A stretch of DNA of 64,000 bases from an uncultured delta proteobacterium (GTDB lineage: Bacteria; Desulfobacterota; Desulfobacteria; Desulfobacterales; B30-G6): NCBI GenBank assembly GCA_963823335.1, contig CAWGLD010000001.1, positions 768,001 to 832,000 on the forward strand, in the 5' to 3' direction. Each line of letters starts with the position of its first letter. The stretch's first letter is position 1. Of this stretch, positions 22,406 through 30,902 are shown one piece after another. The notes under the pieces are model-generated. The model was not told where the DNA came from. It worked only from the letters and a program-made list of their open reading frames with translations, and did no database searches. Made by a program: the position numbers and the translations under genes.

Positions 22406-22855
22406 CTACGCTTTCATTTTAAGGACCATTTCAACCACATGGCCTCTACCTGCGCCCTCTTTGAATTCCACCTGATCTGCCAATTGCTCGATCAAAAATA
22501 AGCCGAAACCGCTCAAAACCTCATCTGCCTCGATTATTTTTTCGATGTCAGGACTCGGTGGTCTTTCCTTGATACCATCTCCTTCATCCGTTACCCACAC
22601 CCGAATGGTGTCGTTTTGGCAGAGCATGGAAACAATGACTTTTGCATCCACGCGCCCCTTGTTCCCGTGCTGCATGGCGTTAATGGATGCTTCCGCCACG
22701 ATGGTCTTTAAATCTTCGATACGGTCTTTGGGAAAGCCGAACATTTCTGCAAAGGATGCAGAGCATGCCATTGCGATGCGTTCATAGCCTATCTGGCTGG
22801 TCAATATGATCTCTACGGTTCTTTCAGCTTGATTTTCCGACATATTTATCGTCAT
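22406..22855 (-). CDS. Anti-sigma factor / Ser kinase (RsbW/SpoIIAB-like HATPase)
   Basis: EASINAMQHG, VTDEGDG, GFGLFLIEQLADQV. Confidence 0.85.
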   Translation of the reverse strand: MTINMSENQAERTVEIILTSQIGYERIAMACSASFAEMFGFPKDRIEDLKTIVAEASINAMQHGNKGRVDAKVIVSMLCQNDTIRVWVTDEGDGIKERPPSPDIEKIIEADEVLSGFGLFLIEQLADQVEFKEGAGRGHVVEMVLKMKA

Positions 22856-23106
22856 CCGCTAGACTAAGACCTGTACTGAGTGATTTTTATCTCGATCTGC
22901 ACCAATCTCTTCGGGAAAAATCGCTCAGCTTAGCTCAGGTAAGACTTTGATTCATTTTTAGATCCTAACTTTAATAATTCATTTTAAGGAAAGAGAAATC
23001 ACAAGTCAACATAAATAAAACCGTGTGCCGATTTTATGAAACACACCCTTGTCACTCCGCCCACCAAAGGTAAAAACAATGGTTCTAAAGTTAAGAATCG
23101 ATGAGA

Positions 23107-24888
23107 TCAAACCGTTAGGGAAAATATTTCCACGTCTTCGGCCAAATTTTTAAGAGCGAATTTCCCCAGCGATGAGAATTGAAACACGCCTTTGGCCCGC
23201 TGAACCGTTTCTCCGGCCAGCAGAATTTCTCCGCCCTTGGCCTTTCCGCAAAGCCTGGCGGCGACATTGACAATGGTTCCATGGGTCGTGTACGTCCATC
23301 TCGAACCGATGATGCTTTCGAATTTTGCCGCCCCCACAAAGGCTTTTCCCGAAGCCACCCCGACATTCACGAGACACTGCTGAGACGCCATGGTGCAGTC
23401 ATCGTTTATGGAGCAGGCCTTTTCCATAATTGTCTTTGCCGCGCGCACCGCCTGAAGGGCGTTCTCTTTTTCGTCCATTGATATAAAAAGAACCATCAGC
23501 CCATCCCCTGCCGTCTCGACGACATCCCCGTCATTGGCATAAATGGCATCCATGAAAACAGAAAAATATTTTTCAATCAACGTATTCACATTGGTGGCGC
23601 CGATCTTGTCCGTAATTTTCGTGTACCCCTCGATATCGAGAAACAGGACAGATATGTCCTGCTCCTGGGCTTCATGAATTTCTGACGAAGACGCATTTTC
23701 CACCAATCTGGTTACCGCCGTGGGCACAAATTTGCTCAGGTTCGATTTAATGCTCTCCAGAAGCTCTACTTTTCTCAGGGCGGCCTTCAGCTCCTTGAGC
23801 GCTTTTTCGAGCTGGGTATTCTTTTCCAGAAGATCCTGGTTGAGCTGTTTGATGTTTTTGAAAGAGAGGGCATTTTTTAAGGAAACCACCAGGCTGTTGG
23901 CCAGGGTCCCCATGAGCTCTTTATCGTCTTCATTAAAGGGCCCGCCGATAATTTTGGCACCCAGCCCCATGAATCCGCAACAGTCATCCGTCACCTGGAA
24001 TGGCAGGGCACACATATCCAGCGGCTCCAGTTCCTCAGGATTCACCAGCACAGAATGACCGTTTACTTCATGATCGCGTGTGTGGTTTCGAACGAGGCGT
24101 TTTGCGTCACGCTCCAACAGAGCTGATTCTTCTTCATCGTATCCCATGACCTTGAAAAAAGTAACCGCGTCCGTTTCTCTGGACATCAGCATCACAACGC
24201 CCTGCATCACACCGAAATTGCCCATGATCATCAGTAAAAAATGATTGATGATGGTGTCAAATTCCACCGTACTGAAGATGTCCCGGCTGATGTCGTTCAG
24301 TGTTTTTAGATGATATACCCGCCGGTCCAGCTCCTCGAAGGCATTTTCAAGGTCCAGATTTTTTCTTTTCAGATCCTGGTTGAGGTGGTCCATCTGCTGC
24401 AGAAACTTGGCATTTCTCAATGCAACAATGAGATGGTTTGTGAGTGTCAGCAGCAGATCGATGTCTCTTTTTGCAAAATGCCTGGTATTTATCCTTTCTC
24501 CCAGGAGCAGAACACCCTTGGTTTCTTTATCCAGGCCAAAAGGAATCACGGTTTTAATGGTTTCGGGGAACGTGCCTGTGTTTTTTTCAAAAAAAGGGTG
24601 GTGGATGTTCTGGGAACCATTGGTGTTAAAAAATTGGGTGCAGGCCAGAGTCAACACAAGCAGTGCATCTTCGTCAAATCCCCTGTCGATGACAGGTGTG
24701 ATGCGGCCCGAATGGTTATCGTACAAAGCGATGAGCCCCTCAAGAATACCCATGGACCCGATAATGGTGAGCAGAAAATTATGAAGAACCGTTTCCGTGT
24801 CTTTTGCTTCAAACAGTTCCTTGCTGACGTCGTACAGGGTTTTCAGCTGAAACATGTTGTCAGGTGCATCCGCTGTCGATTCGGCCAT
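23107..24888 (-). CDS. Class III nucleotidyl cyclase with two GAF-like domains
   Basis: LFLDIEGYT, ETAGDGLM, VNVAARL; two N-terminal LKTLxDxS...NxL..xLxNA repeats. Confidence 0.9.
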   Translation of the reverse strand: MAESTADAPDNMFQLKTLYDVSKELFEAKDTETVLHNFLLTIIGSMGILEGLIALYDNHSGRITPVIDRGFDEDALLVLTLACTQFFNTNGSQNIHHPFFEKNTGTFPETIKTVIPFGLDKETKGVLLLGERINTRHFAKRDIDLLLTLTNHLIVALRNAKFLQQMDHLNQDLKRKNLDLENAFEELDRRVYHLKTLNDISRDIFSTVEFDTIINHFLLMIMGNFGVMQGVVMLMSRETDAVTFFKVMGYDEEESALLERDAKRLVRNHTRDHEVNGHSVLVNPEELEPLDMCALPFQVTDDCCGFMGLGAKIIGGPFNEDDKELMGTLANSLVVSLKNALSFKNIKQLNQDLLEKNTQLEKALKELKAALRKVELLESIKSNLSKFVPTAVTRLVENASSSEIHEAQEQDISVLFLDIEGYTKITDKIGATNVNTLIEKYFSVFMDAIYANDGDVVETAGDGLMVLFISMDEKENALQAVRAAKTIMEKACSINDDCTMASQQCLVNVGVASGKAFVGAAKFESIIGSRWTYTTHGTIVNVAARLCGKAKGGEILLAGETVQRAKGVFQFSSLGKFALKNLAEDVEIFSLTV

Positions 24889-25013
24889 AGATGGAGCTTC
24901 CTTTAACAGTGCTGTATTCGGTTCAATGTATCCCGCCCCGCAAGCAGCTAAAAATTAGCAAATTAGGATCTTCTCCCAATTAGCTGGGAGAAAGGGTTCA
25001 AGGAGTCCAGGAT

Positions 25014-25207
25014 TCAAGGATTCAAGTGTTTGTTTTCCAGGGATTTGATCACCGCTTTTAGCATTCTCTCTACATCCCCAAGCTCCTCTTTTAATTCCTG
25101 AAGCTTTTCCTTCTTCATATAATCCAAATCACCGGATATCCTCGTTTATCAAAACAAAGTTTATACGCTTTTTTCCAGATCTTTAACTCTTTATAGTTCT
25201 TAAGCAT
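25014..25207 (-). pseudogene. Four-helix-bundle (23S rRNA IVS protein-like) remnant with internal deletion
   Basis: MLKNYKELKIWKKAYKLC N-terminus joined out of frame to ISGDLDY...VERMLKAVIKSLENKHLNP*. Confidence 0.7.
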
Positions 25208-25314
25208 TGAAGAACCTCGCAGCAAGCTACGAGGAATGTTCTGCCGTACGGCAGTGCTTCGCATCGACCGTAAGGAATTCTGTCTAATTTAGATTTGCTC
25301 GCTATTGCGGTTCA
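25207..25314 (+). repeat. TTGAAG...CGGTTCA modular repeat, copy 3 (extended form)
   Basis: Minimal unit plus CTGCCGTACGGCAG and CCGTAAGGAATTCTGTCTAATTTAGA modules. Confidence 0.75.
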
Positions 25315-25414
25315 ACTGGTGCCTCACGTCATCTCACTCGAACCCTAGACCCCTGGAATCCTTGAATCCTTAATTTGGATCAACTCTTTGGGAGATGATC
25401 CGCAAATTATACAT

Positions 25415-26704
25415 CTAGGTCAACTGAAATATCTCTATTTCCCTGGAGATATTTTTCAGCTCGAACATCCCCAAACTGTTCGTGTGACAACGGCCTGCCA
25501 GCCGTTCCGATGTCTGTTTCGAAACCAGGATACGGCCGCCGGTTGCCAGTTTGCCGATGCGGGCGGCTAAATTGACAGCGCCACCCCTGGCCGTGTAGGT
25601 CCATCGGGAACCGGTATAGCTGTCGAACTTGGCCGCACCCACCAGGGCCGGCCCCGAGTTGATACCCATGTTTATTTCGAGCGGCTTGTAAAGGCTGCCG
25701 ATGGTGCTGAAAATATGTTTGGTCTCCTTTTGAACCGTCAGGGCCGTCCGGGCGGCATCCAGTGCATTTTTCTTTTGATCCTCATCCAGAAACAGCACCA
25801 TCAACCCGTCACCGGCAGTTTCGTTGACATCACCTCTGTTGGCATGAATGGCGTCCATAAATACAGAGAAATGTTTTTCTATGACGGAATTCACCTCGTC
25901 ACTGCCGAGCTTCTCGCACAACCGCGTATATCCTTCGATATCCAAAAATAGAATCGAAAGATCCTGTTTTTTTTGCTCCAGGTTGTTTCCGGTGGGCGAT
26001 TGTTCTATCATCCGAGAAACCGTAACCGGCACAAATTTACTCAAATTTTCCTTAACGCTCTCAAGAATCTCAACCTTTCTCATGGCGTTTTTCAGCTTAT
26101 CAAGTGTCTTTTCGAGTTCGATGTTTTTGTCACGGAGATCCAGGTTGATCGTCCAGATTTCTTCAAATAACTTTGCATTTTTTAGGGCAACAATCAAATT
26201 GTTGATCAGGGTATCCAGCAGCTCCTGATCGTTTTCATCATACCCGTCTCCCACAAGTTTGTCGCCCAGGCCTAAAAAACCCTGCCATTGCTCCTCGATA
26301 AGGAAAACAGAAAAGTAACTTGCTTTTGGAGGAATGAGACCTTGTTTTCTTAAACGTGATGTATGTTCAATTCCCTGCACTTGTTTTTGTCTTGAAACGA
26401 TCTCTTCGATCGTCTGGGCTACAGCGGTCTTTTCGGCCTGCAAATATCCAAGCGATTCAAACCTGTCTATTTTTTTTGCCTTTTGCAACGAAAGTGCCAC
26501 AAACCCTCGCTTGCTGCCAAACGTTCCCATCGCCATCAGTAGAAAATTTCGGATGATTTTTTCCGATGCGACACAACTATAAATATCACGACTCACATCA
26601 TATAGGGTCTTCAGATGAAACACTTTCCGGTCCAGGTTTGCCTGGACAGCTTCCGACTCTTCTAAGGCGGCTTTAAGCCGCTGGATTTCTTCTCTCAGTT
26701 TCAT
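25415..26704 (-). CDS. Class III nucleotidyl cyclase with one GAF-like domain
   Basis: LFLDIEGYT, NETAGDGLM, AVNLAARI; paralogous to 23107-24888. Confidence 0.9.
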   Translation of the reverse strand: MKLREEIQRLKAALEESEAVQANLDRKVFHLKTLYDVSRDIYSCVASEKIIRNFLLMAMGTFGSKRGFVALSLQKAKKIDRFESLGYLQAEKTAVAQTIEEIVSRQKQVQGIEHTSRLRKQGLIPPKASYFSVFLIEEQWQGFLGLGDKLVGDGYDENDQELLDTLINNLIVALKNAKLFEEIWTINLDLRDKNIELEKTLDKLKNAMRKVEILESVKENLSKFVPVTVSRMIEQSPTGNNLEQKKQDLSILFLDIEGYTRLCEKLGSDEVNSVIEKHFSVFMDAIHANRGDVNETAGDGLMVLFLDEDQKKNALDAARTALTVQKETKHIFSTIGSLYKPLEINMGINSGPALVGAAKFDSYTGSRWTYTARGGAVNLAARIGKLATGGRILVSKQTSERLAGRCHTNSLGMFELKNISREIEIFQLT

Positions 26705-26734
26705 CAGACACCGGTATGGCTTTTCGTGCTCATT

Positions 26735-27199
26735 TTAAAACTGCATCACCTTGAAAAGCGTTTTAAAATGAATTTTGACTTCCTGACGGGTCTCTTTAAG
26801 ACGGTCCAGAAATGTTTTTGCGAGGTTCGACATGATGACAAAGCCCACTTCAGGATCATGTTTTGCCTGCTCCATCAATCGGCTTCGTTTGATGACCATC
26901 AGGATGCTGTCTTCATAGCTTCTGGCGGAAAGGCTGTAGATGTATGGGGGAACCAGAGATGAGGTGCCGAAATGGCTGCCTGCCGATCTCATTATCGTGA
27001 TGGGCAACTCGACATGATCGTCAATCGATGTCAACATCTCTACAGCGCCTTGCTTGATGCAGTAAAGTTGTTCTGCCGCCTGCCCTTCACGAAAAATCTG
27101 TGCGTTTTTTTTAACGCTAATTTCCTCTATCAACGTATTCAGATGCTCAAGCTGAATTTCTGAAAGGCCCTCAAACAGGTGACAAAATGGTCGGTTCAT
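26735..27199 (-). CDS. Stand-alone cyclic nucleotide-binding domain protein
   Basis: LFEGLS...IFREGQAAEQLYCIKQGAVE...FGTSSL; no HTH. Confidence 0.85.
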   Translation of the reverse strand: MNRPFCHLFEGLSEIQLEHLNTLIEEISVKKNAQIFREGQAAEQLYCIKQGAVEMLTSIDDHVELPITIMRSAGSHFGTSSLVPPYIYSLSARSYEDSILMVIKRSRLMEQAKHDPEVGFVIMSNLAKTFLDRLKETRQEVKIHFKTLFKVMQF

Positions 27200-27350
27200 G
27201 GCAATTCCCCCTCACAAAATCGTTTTTTTTACGAGGACAGGTGCGGGTGCTGTTCTATGCTGTGGAAAAAGCTTCGGATGCGAGAATCAGGCTCAGATAA
27301 ACGGATGTGTCCGTATTAAAACCTTAGGAACGATATACTCTGGGACTATA

Positions 27351-30300
27351 TTATTGTGGAATGTCCGCTGTCAAGGATATAGCATTTCTGGACCGCGCCA
27401 GCATTTGCAGGGCTGTCTCTTTAGACTGATGCTCAAATCCGACAATGCTGAGGACAACCTCCAGGCGGATACCGTCGGTATCCAGATTTTTCTCCAGCAG
27501 CAGGTTGCGCAGCCGATTGCAAACCGGCTCCGCTTTTGAAGCGGACGTTTGCGGCATGAGAAGCGCAAACGTTTCAGCGTCAAGCCGCCCGAGATAATCA
27601 CTTTTACGAATCAGGGTGGAAAGGGTCTGGCCGATCAATCGAAAATTCCTGTCTTTGATTTCAAAGCTCATTCGTTTGTCCGACACCTCGAGATCGATCC
27701 CCATCAGGCACAGGGCAAGGTGCTCCTGATAACGTCTGGATCGATGGATTTCCGTTTCAAGTATGTTGATAAACCCACGCCGGTTGTACCAGCCGGTAAG
27801 GTCATCGACGATACTTTCACACGCAAAGTTGTTGGTTACGGCTTCGATACGGTCACACAGTATCGTCATAAGGTTCATAAAAAACCTGTTTGCCGTCGGT
27901 GGATAAAGCCACTGCAGCCGTTTAATCATTTTCAGGTTGATTTCCAGATAATCACAGGGTTCGGTTGCGATGACCGTTGCAGAACGGGGAACACCTCTCA
28001 AAAGACCCATCTCGCCCAGCACATCGCCCTCTCCGGCCTGGTTTATCTGTTTGTATATCCCGTGTTCCATTATTTTCTCATCATCGTTTTCAGGTTCCAC
28101 CACATCCATGGCCCCGGATATAATGGCGCACATGGAATCGCTCTTTTCCCCTTTGTGAAACAAAACCTTCCCGGCCTCGATTTTCTTCAAGGTCCCGGCC
28201 AGAATAATATAATGAATCTGGGTTCGGGAAAGACCGTTGAACAAGGGGATGCCGAATCCCGGATCTTTCCCCAGCTTCAATCGTATCAGATCCCACAAGG
28301 TCACCAGTTCTACGTGCAACAGCAGAGACGGCAGAAGGATGAGATCCCCCACAAGAGCCGAGAACATGGTAATGGCCATCATGGTTCCAAAAATTGCCGT
28401 GGGCTTGAAACCCGACATGGCCAGAATCGAAAAGCCGATACTGATGGTCAAGGTTGTATATATGATGGGGCGCCCAATATGACGCAGGGTCTCTTTGAGG
28501 GCTCTCTTGTCATTCAGATCCTTTCTGAACTCCCGGTTGTACCGAACCAGATAGTGGATCGTATCGTCTACCGCCAGACCGATGGCGATACTGGCAATCA
28601 GGCTGGTAAACATGGAAAGCTCGACACCGAACCATCCCATGATACCGAAATTGATAACGATGGGAAATATATTGGGAACAATGGCAATCAGTCCGACCTT
28701 GCTCGATAAAAAGAGCAGAAACATGATACCGAAGATAATGACCATGGTAATGGACAGGCTTTTCACCTGCCCGCTGGTAATCTGGTGACTGCTTTCGGAA
28801 ATCACCATCCCGAAGCCGGTGACATTCCAGCGGGCGTCTTTGGAAAACATATTTTCCGCGTGCAGAAGAATCTGTTTCTTGGCCTTGAGAAACATCCGTG
28901 AACTGGAGATATGCGTCAGAAGAAGAATATTGGCTTGTGAAAAATCCGGTGTCATGAACCGATTCAGCATATCTTCGCCCAGCATCATTTTATAACTGTT
29001 GATGAGCATCCTCAGTTCCCAGGTCTCTTCGGGCAAGCGGTAATATTCCGGACTGAACTGGTTGGTGGCATAGTTGACGAGTTTCAGGTAGTCGGCAAAT
29101 GAAATGGTCTTGTCGATACCCGGTAAGGTGTCGATATATTTTTGCATGGTATCTATTTTGACGATATTCTCTACCGTTTGAAAATACTCCTCGGTGTCGC
29201 CCTGCATGGTGACATTGATGGGGAAACTGCCGGAAAGGTGCTGATAGATATCGTGAAAATTGCGGCTCACTTCCGTGTCTTCCTTGAAATACCCCACCGG
29301 ATTGCTCTCTACCGGTATTTTGAAGATGCCCACAATACAGAACAGAACCAGGATACCGATCACAGGAAACGTTATCTTCTGATAGTTTAAATCAATGGTC
29401 ACGATACCGTCTATAATCCGATCCAAGATATTGAAGCCGTGAGAATCCGGGCGGCTTTTCTTTTTTGGCATGGGGAGCAGCGACATGACCGCCGGCATCA
29501 GGGTCAAAAGAATGACCAGAAAACTGATGATACCCAGACAAGCCGATATGGCAAAAGCCTGGATGGCTGTTATGCGGCTGATGAGCAGAGAACCCAGCCC
29601 GACAACCGTGGTCAGTACCGCCAGAATCGTCGGGAATGTAATGGTATCATAGGTGGCAATTGCAGCAGCAGGACTGTTTTCAGCAGTGCGCACCTGGTCG
29701 CGGTACTCCGTGACAATGTGCAGGCAATAGGCCGTTCCCACAGCAAGCAGAAACACGGGTACAATCATGGTCAGGATGGAGAGCGGTATGCCTGCCATGG
29801 ACATGAGTCCAAAGTTCCAGACCAGTGCCAGGGTCACACACAGCAACGGAAGCATGACATAAAAAAACTTGCGGTACAGACATAACAGCACCAAGGCAAC
29901 CAGGATGAACGTGATGGGCGGCAGTCTGATAAAATCTTCTTGAGTCAACTGCGCCAGGGCCTGGGAAACCAGCGGCATCCCTATCTGGTAGAGACTGAGC
30001 GTTTTAGGGGAGGATTCGATCAATTGATTGACCGCGGCGATGACACTTTCCGGATCGGCGTCATTGCCGAGAACGAGGGTTAAAACGGTTGTTTTGCCAT
30101 CGTCTGAGAAAAGGTTTTCTTTGAACAGATCCACATGCTGCATGACATCGGAAAATTTTGTCAGATCCCATTTCCCGCTAAAATCCACCGCTTTTTTGAC
30201 TTCCGGCAGGCTGATCACCCTTCGAACACCTGCAATCTTTGTCGCTTCATCTGACAACGCCGTTATTTTTTTAAAGGTGTTCTCTTCGTATATGCCGTCA

Positions 30301-30545
30301 CTTTTGATGACGACCCGGATAATTTCATCCGACCCAAAAAGGGACTTGAATTCTTCATAGCGTGTTGTGGCCGGGAGATCTTCAATGATCAGATCGTAGA
30401 CGGAGGTTTTGAATGTCAGTGTCGGGATGCGCCAGGCAAACGCGGCGGTTGCGATCAAAATAATCAAAATAGCGATTACTGGATGCTTTATGACCCGTTC
30501 AATAAGCTGCTGCGGTGAGAACCTGCTCAACAGTTGCTTGTGCAT
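27351..30545 (-). CDS. MMPL/RND-family transporter fused to a cNMP-binding domain and a degenerate GGDEF domain
   Basis: Two TM clusters with IAIGLAVDDTIH; GDVLGEMGLLRGVPRSATV cNMP motif; DDLTGWYNRRGF...RLDAETF. Confidence 0.85.
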   Translation of the reverse strand: MHKQLLSRFSPQQLIERVIKHPVIAILIILIATAAFAWRIPTLTFKTSVYDLIIEDLPATTRYEEFKSLFGSDEIIRVVIKSDGIYEENTFKKITALSDEATKIAGVRRVISLPEVKKAVDFSGKWDLTKFSDVMQHVDLFKENLFSDDGKTTVLTLVLGNDADPESVIAAVNQLIESSPKTLSLYQIGMPLVSQALAQLTQEDFIRLPPITFILVALVLLCLYRKFFYVMLPLLCVTLALVWNFGLMSMAGIPLSILTMIVPVFLLAVGTAYCLHIVTEYRDQVRTAENSPAAAIATYDTITFPTILAVLTTVVGLGSLLISRITAIQAFAISACLGIISFLVILLTLMPAVMSLLPMPKKKSRPDSHGFNILDRIIDGIVTIDLNYQKITFPVIGILVLFCIVGIFKIPVESNPVGYFKEDTEVSRNFHDIYQHLSGSFPINVTMQGDTEEYFQTVENIVKIDTMQKYIDTLPGIDKTISFADYLKLVNYATNQFSPEYYRLPEETWELRMLINSYKMMLGEDMLNRFMTPDFSQANILLLTHISSSRMFLKAKKQILLHAENMFSKDARWNVTGFGMVISESSHQITSGQVKSLSITMVIIFGIMFLLFLSSKVGLIAIVPNIFPIVINFGIMGWFGVELSMFTSLIASIAIGLAVDDTIHYLVRYNREFRKDLNDKRALKETLRHIGRPIIYTTLTISIGFSILAMSGFKPTAIFGTMMAITMFSALVGDLILLPSLLLHVELVTLWDLIRLKLGKDPGFGIPLFNGLSRTQIHYIILAGTLKKIEAGKVLFHKGEKSDSMCAIISGAMDVVEPENDDEKIMEHGIYKQINQAGEGDVLGEMGLLRGVPRSATVIATEPCDYLEINLKMIKRLQWLYPPTANRFFMNLMTILCDRIEAVTNNFACESIVDDLTGWYNRRGFINILETEIHRSRRYQEHLALCLMGIDLEVSDKRMSFEIKDRNFRLIGQTLSTLIRKSDYLGRLDAETFALLMPQTSASKAEPVCNRLRNLLLEKNLDTDGIRLEVVLSIVGFEHQSKETALQMLARSRNAISLTADIPQ

Positions 30546-30646
30546 GATCAGAGGTCTTTCATGGATTTTATTTTAATCGGATTAAAGACGTGACTGTCAG
30601 TACCTGACCAATGTCATTGACTTAAGGAGATCCGCAGGTCCATGTA

Positions 30647-30711
30647 ATGTAGCGCAGGTCTTTAGACCTGCAAGAAAGCTATCCGAGCAGAGCTGAAGCT
30701 CTGCGCTACAT
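30647..30711. repeat. GTAG-type REP doublet, copy 3 (opposite orientation)
   Basis: ATGTAGCGCAGGTCTTTAGACCTGC...GCAGAGCTGAAGCTCTGCGCTACAT. Confidence 0.8.
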
Positions 30712-30902
30712 CATTAAGTCAACGGCATTGAGTATTTATATGTAACACTGAAAAGGCTGTCAATAGTGCAATGGGCCAAGGTTGAAACCCGTTGGGATTG
30801 CCGATCTTACCGCATCTACGGCGTCAGATGCCATCCCGCGTAGTTCACTATAGCGGAACAGCCTCTTCCTTGTAGCTACGACAACCTCGACAATCGCACA
30901 TC

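Larger units (their letters stand above)
24966..25401. mobile_element. TIR-bounded cassette containing a four-helix-bundle gene remnant and 8-mer repeats
   Basis: GGATCTTCTCCCAA / TTGGGAGATGATCC inverted ends; GGATTCAA-type 8-mers on the left, TTGAATCC-type on the right. Confidence 0.55.

Noticed and set aside
24966-25401. Diversity-generating retroelement (Avd-like gene)
   Set aside because: No reverse transcriptase or TR/VR pair is visible in the window.
23107-27199. Pycsar-type antiphage system (cyclase plus cNMP effector)
   Set aside because: The cyclases carry GAF-like sensory domains and sit in a broad signalling cluster, and there is no TIR or short TM effector. Defence is not excluded but is unsupported.
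27351-27830. Active diguanylate cyclase
   Set aside because: The GGDEF signature is replaced by DAETF.
27549-28709. Long opposite-strand ORFs (also 12472-13623, 38058-39263, 39324-40547, 51112-52212, 57751-58704)
   Set aside because: They are antisense shadows of well-supported genes and have no recognisable motifs.
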